Shown here piece by piece: positions 55,001-64,000 of a stretch of DNA of 64,000 nt. Below the pieces are notes generated by a model, which made no database searches, had not been told where the DNA came from, and saw only the letters and a program-made list of their open reading frames with translations. The stretch lies in NCBI GenBank assembly GCA_951406725.2, contig OX597816.1, positions 118,854,001 to 118,918,000 of the forward strand, written 5' to 3'. Position 1 is the first letter of the stretch. Every line of letters starts with the position of its first letter. Source of the stretch: Octopus vulgaris (taxonomy: Eukaryota). The translations under genes and the position numbers were made by a program.

Positions 55001-55524
55001 AGGCACATGGCTCAGTGGTTAGAGCGTCGAGCTTACGATCGTGAGGCTGTGAGTTCGAATCCCGGACCGGGCTACGTGTTGTGTTCTTGAGCAAGACACT
55101 TTATTTCACGTTGCTCTAGTTTACTCAACTGTAGAAATGAGCTGCGACGTCACAGGTGCCAGGCTGTATCTGCTGTTGCCTTTCTCTTGGATAACACTGG
55201 TGGCGTGGAGAGGTGGGGCAGTATGCATGAGCGACTGCTGGTCTTCCATAAACAATCTTGCCCGGTCTTGTGCCTGGGAGGGTAACTTTCTATATATACG
55301 ACAGGCTTTTTTCAGTTTCCGCCCACCAAATCCACTCACAAGTCTTTGTGGTCGGCCCGAAGCTATAGTAGAAGGCACTCGACCAAGGTGTACACTTGTT
55401 AAGTGTATACACTTGTTAAGTATATACACTTGTTAAGACTTGCAGATGCATGAAGTCACACCCCATACATACATAATTACACATGTACGCAATGACATAG
55501 ATATACAAAGACATATAATATATA

Positions 55525-56412
55525 CAGGGTACAATGGGAAAATTGTCGCCATTTTATAACGTTAATTTCACGCATGCACATTGTTTGTTTTTGGTTTTGT
55601 GGACTACACAGTATGGTAGGGTCAATTGGGCACCGTCTGTAAGAGAAACAGCCCCACGACGCAGTTCACTCTGCCAGGAATTTGGAACGACACGCTGTAC
55701 TGATTGGAATTCACGCCGGAAACTCCAATACGAACATTTCTGAGTGTCTGGGTGCCAATCTGAGGACAGTGCAATTTGAGGGTATGTACCAAGAGTGATA
55801 AAAATCTAACATCCAGTCAACTTCATGGTGTTTGGAGCGACCACAAGTGGTGGTGACGTTATGTGTCCATTTATCTTCATATACGGCCTCAGACTCAACA
55901 CAGAAGCCTACAGCAAGTGCCTGGAGGAGGTAGTGCTGCCCTGGGTCAAGAGGGTGGTTACTGGAAGACCCTATGTCTGGTAACAGGATTCTGAACCATG
56001 TCACAAAAGCAGGAGAACCCAGTCATGGTTGTCAGATAATTTCTGCGACCACATCACCCCTAACATCTGGCCACCTAACTCTCCAGACTGCAACCTCCTT
56101 GATTATCATGTGTGGGGTGCAGTTGAGCGAGAGACCAACAAAACCCCTTGTAACACCAAAGATGAACTGAATGCAACGATTATAGCAGCATTCAACAACT
56201 TGAACAAGAAGATCGACTTGAAGACTTGCAGGAGATTCCGAAGTCGTCTGGAGGCCGTGATTAAAGCCAGTGGCGATTTTATTAAATATATTTACTCTTT
56301 AGTATTTCAAGATATTTTTATGTAATTTTGGTAAATACATCTGTTAAAATGAGATGTCAGTGTTATTTTCATTTTTGCGTAATTTAGACAACAATTTACT
56401 CATTGCACCCTG
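55525..56412 (+). mobile_element. Internally deleted maT/DD37D-like Tc1-mariner element with both TIRs
   Basis: TIRs cagggtacaatgggaaaattgt / acaatttactcattgcaccctg. The ORF carries WPPNSPDCNLLDYHVWG..CRRFRSRLEAVI. Confidence 0.88.
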
Positions 56413-59215
56413 AACAGATACACAGAACCACACACACACAATGGCACACAAAGCACAAACATTAACATACTGGCGCAGGAGTGGCTGTGTGGTAAGTAGC
56501 TTGCCTCCCAACCACATGGTTTCGGGTTCAGTGTCACTGCGTGGCACCTTGGGCAAGTGCCTTCTACTATAGCCTTGAGCTAACCAAAGACTTGTGAGTG
56601 GATTTGGTCGACGGAAACTGAAAGAAGCCCGTAGTATATATATATTTGTGTGTGTCTGTGTTTGTCCCCACTCCCCACCATTGCTTGACAACCAATGTTG
56701 GTGTGTTTACGTCCCAGTAACCTAGCGGTTCGGCAAAAGAGACCGATAGAATAAGTACTAGGCTTACAAAGAATAAATCCTTGGGTCGATTTGTTCGACT
56801 AAAGGCGGTGCTCCAGCATAGCCGCAGTCAAATGACTGAAACAAGTAAAAGAATAAAAGAATAAAAAGAATAAAAGAATACCACACACACACACATGATC
56901 GCGTACGCAGAACATTCACACACACATATGTACACATATATAGACACACAAAAGACTTATAAACTTAAAATATGCCACAGAAACAACCATTCATGTGCTT
57001 ACTGTAAACATACAACCATACACACACTAAACACACACACATACACGCGCGCGCACACACACACCTTTACCCACATTAATCACTCATATCTCACAAATAT
57101 TTTAAATACATTACGCAAAATATATGCATAGCAAGTGACCTGATCTGAAATCCTGTGCTACAACGAAAACAATTGCAGCGTGGAAGATGTTTATAAGCCA
57201 TTTAAGAAACACACAAAAAACGGTAGATACACTTCAACATTTAAATTTAATTTATCAAAATATTTTCGTCGCTTTGAGACCGCGATCTGTCCACGCTGCA
57301 ATTATTTTAAATACAATTAATATGAAAGCAGCATACTCCTATTCAGATATTGGTTTCAAGTTCTGGTACAAGGCCAGCAAATTCGGAGTAAGTTGATTAC
57401 ATCGACCCCATTGTTGCACTGGTTTTTATTCTATCGACCCCGAAAGGATGAAAGATTAACTTGAGCTCGGCAGAATTTGAACTCAGAACATAAAGACAGA
57501 CAAAATGCTACTAAGCAAAGTACCAGTTGCGTACTGGAGTCGATCTAATCGACTGGGCCCCTCCCCAAAATTTCGGACCTTGTGCAAAGAGTAAAAAAGA
57601 ATATTGTCCCAGGTCGGCCAAAGCTTCTTCAGTGGATCTGGTAAGCAGAAACTGAAAGAAGCCTGTCGTATGTGCGCGTGTGTGTACGTTTGTGTCTAGG
57701 TTTGTCCCCACCCACCCACCAACCACTTGACAACCGGTGTTAGTGCGTTTGTGTCCCTGTAACTTAGCGGTTTGGTACAAGAGACTTATGGAATAAGTAT
57801 CAGGTTTAAAAAATAATTATTAGGGTCGATTCATTCGCCTAAAACCCTTAAAGGCAGTGCCCCAGCATGGCCGTAATCTAATGACTGAAGCAAGTAAAAG
57901 ATAAGAGATAAAAGATAAACGTAGGCACCAAACACAGATTTATCTTTCATTTGTGTCTGATCAACCGCATCCTCTTCGGTTTTCAATTTCTCCATAATAC
58001 TCGAAAGGTTACACAAGCTGACAACGAATGGATAAGTAGACTACACTACAGCTTGGCTTGTTACTATGGAAACAGGCATCAATATGTCAGTGGCTTTCGA
58101 CTGGCTAAAATTACCCGGAATTTGCAAACTTTAAAAGCTATTAACTTTTTATTCATTAATTTAAATCAAAAATAAATTTCATATCTATAATTAGCATACA
58201 AAACTACATCAATACACCAAATTTGAAATCAATTGGAACGAAATTGAAGGAATTGAAAAATGAAAGCCAAACAAAAAAGATCCGAAAACCCTAGGGTCGA
58301 TTTGTTCGACTAAAATATTTCAAGGCGGTCATATGACTGAAACACATAGAAGATAAGTGATGAAAAGATTTCTTTCTTTCTTTGGCTCAATTACTATTGA
58401 AACCTCTTGTTATTTTTCATAGTAATCACTTCCTTTTCACTCCGATACTCCACTCCACCGCCGCTTCCTTATAGGTAAGAAGCAATAACTCGTAGATAAT
58501 CCAAGTGGGAATAACTTGCAACATCTCCGCTATTGTGAATAACTGGCTTCTTAGCTGCACGCGCTAAAGATAAACACACAACTACCACCCACACAAAAAA
58601 CAACTCATAAACACTGTTCCTTGGGAATAAAAACAGTCCATAATTTCTCAAAGTTTATAATAACTCCGCCCATAATTTTACTGAACAGAAATAGTAAATT
58701 GAAAGGTCCGCCCATTAAAACAACGTCACAAGCTCCACCTACTACATGAATATATATATATATATAGATATACATAATACACACCCAACCATATATTCTT
58801 TGTACAATAATATAACCGCCATTTTGTTAATGTTCTCAATATCCGAGTTTGTTTTTTAAACTCTTCTACTTTATATCATTATTGTGTGTAACGAATTTTG
58901 TACTCGGTATGTTTGTATGAAGAAAAAATTTAGAAATAATAGAAAATATAAAAAACGCATTTAAAAATAATAGAAAACCAAAAGTAAAACTATATACTCT
59001 TTTACTTGTTTTAGTCATTTGACTGCGGCCATGCTGGAGCATCGCCTTTTAGTCGAACAAATCGATCCCAGGACTTATCGGTCTCTTATGCCGAACCGCT
59101 AAGTTACGGGGACGCAAACACACCAACATCGGTTGTCAAGCGATGGTGGGAGGATAAACACAGATATGCAAACACACACACATACATATATACATAAAAA
59201 TACATACATACATAG

Positions 59216-59302
<87 letters not shown>

Positions 59303-59303
<1 letters not shown>

Positions 59304-60698
59304 CAGTACTGGGAGAATAAGAAACGGAACGAAGCGAACGAATCGAATCGAAACCGACGCGAGGGCGCTGTCAAACAATAGTGTAATAAATAAAATATAT
59401 GCATACATACAAACATATATGTACGTACCTACATCTACATGTATATATACATGCATATATAAATATATATACACGTGAGTACAGGACACCACAACTAGAC
59501 GTAGAACTCAACGAGAAAACGGAAAAACTATTTTTTAAACAGAAAAACAGAGACGTAGAACTCAACGAGAAACGAAAACGGAAAAACCATTTTTTTACAA
59601 CAGAAAAAACAGAGTACAGGACATACTACACAAGGAAAAATCCCCTTCATCAGCTGTCACTAGTTCGGCTCCAGCGTATTTCGAAGGCAAGACAGGACAC
59701 GTCTCGCCAAACTAATCCTTCCTGCGAGAGAATTAAAATAAAATTGCCTCGCAGAGGGGTAAAAACAAGCAAAGAAAAATATGTAACACAAACAGGACGT
59801 AAAAACGATACAAATAAAACTACAAAATAAAAATACAAGATAAAAATACATGTACAAGAAAATACAATACGAGAAATAAAAAGAAAATGCAATACGAGAA
59901 ATAAAAATAAACAAGAAAACAAACAAAAAAACAAACGAAAAGGCCTTTTTTCTGGCTGAGACGGAGGAGATTCTAGCAGCGCATGAGAACACAAATGTGT
60001 ATCTTTACAGTTTGAAGGCCGCGTGTACTCAGCCGCTTGTCTTCCTCTATCTCTCTCTCTCTCACTCCTCCTCATCTTTGCCACTGCTAGCCAAAACTAC
60101 TTCCTTTTACACGCGACCTTCAAACTGTAAAGACACATTTGTGTTCTCATGCGCTGCGAGAATCTCCTCCGTCTCAGCCAGAAAAAAAAGGCCTTTTCGT
60201 TTGTTTTCTTGTTTGTTTTCTTGTTATTTTTATTTCTCGTAATGCATTTTCTTTTTATTTCTCGTATTGTTTTTTCTTGTACATGTATTTTTATCTTGTA
60301 TTTTTATTTTGTAGTTTTATTTGTATCGTTTTTACGTCCTGTTTGTGTTACATTTTTTTCTTTGCTTGTTTTTACCCCACTGCGAGGCAATTTTATTTTA
60401 ATTCTCTCGCAGGAAGGACTAGTTTGGCGAGTCGTGTCCTATCTTGCCTTCGAAACACGCTGGAGCCGAACTAGTGACAGCTGATGAAGGGGATTTTTCC
60501 TTGTGTAGTATGTCCTGTACTCTGTTTTTTTTCTGTTGTAAAAAAATGGTTTTTCCGTTTTCGTTTCTCGTTGAGTTCTACGTCTAGTTGTGGTGTCCTG
60601 TACTCACGTGTATATATATTTATATATGCATGTATATATACATGTAGATGTAGGTACGTACATATATGTTTGTATGTATGCATATATTTTATTTATTA

Positions 60699-60704
<6 letters not shown>
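59303..60704. repeat. Long inverted repeat (arms ~59378-60027 and ~60108-60704, ~80 bp spacer) inserted in the (TA)n of a SINE
   Basis: The arms are near reverse complements, giving mirror ORFs on both strands. The family B SINE is split at ~59300 and resumes at ~60740. Confidence 0.92.
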
Positions 60705-60743
<39 letters not shown>

Positions 60744-61061
60744 TACGACGGGCTTCTTTCAGTTTTTGTCTACCAAATCCACTCACAAGTCTTTGGTCGG
60801 CCCGGGGCTATAGTAGAAGACACTTGCCTAAGGTTCCACGCAGTGGGACTGAACCCGGAACTATGTGGTTGGGAAGCAAGTTTCTTACCACAATGCATGT
60901 ATACGTCTATATATCTTGTCTTATTGCAGTCATTAGACTGCGGCCATGTTGGAGTACTGTTTTGAAGAAATTTTAGTCGAATGAATCGACAGCAGTACTT
61001 AATATTCTAAAGCCTGGTACTTATATTATCGATCTCTTTTGTCGAACCGTTATGTTACGCC

Positions 61062-64000
61062 TTGTATAACAGGATGGATAAAATCTTGGACCTTCCAAGT
61101 TATTTGAAGAAGGAGAAGGAAGGGGCTGTTGTAAGGTCCGCCCAACATCACCAGTTAAGGGTAAGTAGAACCCTTGCGTCTTTGAGTAATGCCCACACTT
61201 AACCTTGGGTATTTGAATGTACATAGTCTGAGTTCGAAGTGGAATTAAGCCTGTTTCTTCGACGACCTTAGATCACACGATATGCATGTGATGGTTGCTA
61301 TGGAGACCAAGCTGGACAGTCTACAAACATTCTCGCCTCTCCTGAATGGCTATGAGAAAATCATGTCTCCTAGCCAGACCGGAGGATGAGGGGATGTAGT
61401 GGTGCTGGTCCATAAAGGCTTCGCTCTGCAGACAAGTACAGTCTATGTAAATCCTGGAGGTGGGCTAGTCATCCTTGATGTGACATACAGCGGTAAGGCG
61501 TTCAGGTTGATCGGGATCTATGCACCTTGTGCTAGAGGACTTCAAACTGATTTTTATCGGCGCCTAGAGAACTTTCTCATAACGTCGAAGACATTAGTAG
61601 TGTTAGGAGACTATAACGCTATCGTTGACGCGCGCATCGATAGCGTTGGCTCGACCTGTAGGAAAGCGAACTCACGTCTCGTAGATCTGCTTAAGCGCTT
61701 TCAGCTAGCAGATCTTTACAAGCTTGACCATCCGAACGACCCAGAGTGGACCTGGACTAGTGGCGACGGAAGGCTCAAGTCTTACTTAGATAGGATAGTA
61801 ATAAGAACTAGAGATAAGGCTAGTTTTAGTTGTCCACAGCTTGTCCAAGTGGCTTACACTGACCACAGAATGGTTTAGTGTAGACTGGACATAGTACAAT
61901 TAAGAGAGGATCCAGCTACTGGAAGCTGAACAAGTCTATTTTGACTTGCGAGGAATACCGTAGCCGGACTAAGGAATCAGTACAAAGGGTGTTAACCGGC
62001 GCTGTGGTTAATAACCGGTGGTGGTTCTCTCTCAAGAAAGCTATTCGTTTCGAGTCTATTAGGTTTAGCCATCGGCTAAGACTAGATAAGGCCAGAATAG
62101 AAGGGCAACTAGTTAAGGACTTAGAGGCGGCGTTGAGATTGGGCTCTGCATCCCACATTTTAGCAGCGAGAACGGCCTTGGTCCGTCATCTTAAAGCCAA
62201 ACATAAGGAGTGCAGAGTTCGGGCTAAAGTGCGCACATTGGGCTGTGAGGTAATTAATGTTGCCGGATGGGCCCGTACGGTAGAAAACCAGCGTAGCAAC
62301 GATGCCACAATTAGGTCTTTCGCTGATGACAATGGGTGTTCGGTTGATGTGCAGGACGAGATGTGTGAGGCGCTTTACAAGCACTTTGCCGAGTTGTTCG
62401 GGAGGAGCGGGGTGCTGGCGGCTCGCGTCTCTCGGCACGAGAGGCTGAGAGCTGTGAAGGGCCAATCACAGCCGAGGAGGTGCTGGGCGAATGCCCCGGG
62501 GAGAAGTCGCCGGGTCTCGATGGTCTGCTTTATGAATTCTATAAAAGTATGCCAGACTTGTTCGGGCACTTGCTGGCCGGCATCTACGCCAACTGGCAGC
62601 AGAATAGGAGAATTTCTAAGTCTGCGAGCCGGGGGGTGGTGACGTTGATCAAGAAGGACTCGAGCAAGGGGGACGAAATAGGGAATTTCAGGTCCCTAAC
62701 TCTGCTAAACACAGAGTTAAAGATTTTGGCCAAGGTGCTAGCGAAAAGGTTGGCGCGGGTTGTGGACAGACTTGTCGGGGAAGCGCAACGTGGGCTGTCC
62801 CGGGCAGGACAATCCACGACAATCTCCACCTTGTACACTACTCCTTAGAAAGGGTGGGGAAGCTTTATGGCGCAGGGGGAGGGGCACTGGTACATTTAGA
62901 CCAGTCCAAAGTATTTGATGGGGTCGACCATCGGTACTTGACGGCGGTCCTCGAGAAGGCTGGCCCGGGCCTGACCTTCCGCGGTTAGATTGCTGCTTTG
63001 TACAGCGACATCGAGTCTGTCGTCAAAGTGAACGGTCTCTTTTCGAAACCATTCAGGATCAAGCGCTCAGTGCGTCAGTGGTGTCCCCTGTCTCCACTTT
63101 TTTATGTGTTGGCTCTCGAGCCATTACTGCGGAGGTTGGAGGCACTAGGGGGCGCATCGCATGATCCATGGTGTGAAAGAGGAGCTACGGCCATCATCGT
63201 GGCGGATGAGGGCCAGCTTCCCGTCGTGAAAGAGGCTATCAAAAGTTTCGAGGCGGTGGCAGGAGCAAAGTTTAACAAGGACAAATCGGTCGGTTTGCAA
63301 CTCGGCACCTGGAGGGGCAAGCCGATGGCGTCCAATAACGACGTCGGGCGTTGGACGGAAGATCCTGTTAAGCTGCTGGGAGACTGGTTTGGCCCAGACC
63401 TCCAGATAGAGAAAAATTGGAGTGAGGTGACCAGCAAGGTGACTGCTCTAACCCAGACCTGGTCTGGGCGGGCGTTATCCTTGCTAGGGAAGGCGGAGGT
63501 GGTGCAGATGCTTATAGCATCGGTTATCAGCTACCGTCTGACCGTGGTGCCTTGCTCCGATTTGTGGCTGAACAAGTTGGAGAGAATCCTTTTCCGCTTT
63601 TTGTGTAAGGGAGGAAAGCCAGTTGTGAAGCGCTCTGTCTGCTACCAGAAACCGTTAAAGGGTGGGCTAGGGATGCCTTGGCTGTGGATGCGAAAATTCG
63701 CGTTAAGGTTCAGGCACCTCTGTCTTTACCTGGATGGAGAGCAGGTGTGATCACCGCACGTCCGGTTCTACCTTCCGCAGTTAACGCCATTAACAAACAT
63801 TGGTACATTGATCAGGCAGAGACCTAGACTGGGGGACTGGCAATTGGAGTACCGTCAGGCACTTCAGCTACTCTTTCGGGTGAGCAATATCGGCAACAGG
63901 AGTTCCATCGCATATTTTTATAGTGGGTTAGTAGAATTTATGTCTGAAGACGCCTTGAGAGAGACCCTGGGCTACGGTGACAATCAGTTGATCAACTTGT
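61062..64000 (+). mobile_element. L1/Tx1-clade LINE, ORF2 (APE and RT) from ATG 61189, inactivated; runs off the window
   Basis: LNVHSL, METK, IYAP, LGDYN, SYLDRI, TDHR, YWKLNKS, KSPGLDGL, LLNTELKILAK, VRQWCPLSP and GGLGMP. Several stops and frameshifts; YADD is missing. Confidence 0.93.

Noticed and set aside
61189-64000. Active LINE
   Set aside because: Multiple stops and frameshifts, and the catalytic YADD motif is missing.

Overview
AT-rich, repeat-dense animal genomic DNA. The SINE families and microsatellite load point to an octopus (inference, not a database result). One intact gene is visible: the first three coding exons of histone acetyltransferase HAT1 on the - strand (17058-17052, 6571-6494, 4236-4161), which run off the left edge. 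Most of the window is transposon debris: tRNA-derived SINEs, RTE, CR1, Tx1/L1, Dong/R4 and Penelope-like fragments, mariner/maT elements, Helitrons, hAT and piggyBac-like MITEs, and a probable solo LTR. The main hidden structure lies at about 33-54 kb. Between the repeats are roughly ten heavily decayed remnants of cysteine-rich secreted-protein genes with IL-17-like cystine-knot motifs, on both strands. They are organised around three paralogous ~1 kb non-coding blocks that keep a STAT-type TTC-N-GAA site at the same position. Other observations are hammerhead-ribozyme-like motifs in a SINE and in a hairpin, several long inverted repeats, and a CpG-decay boundary around the HAT1 promoter. All translations and alignments were done by eye, and repeat coordinates are approximate.
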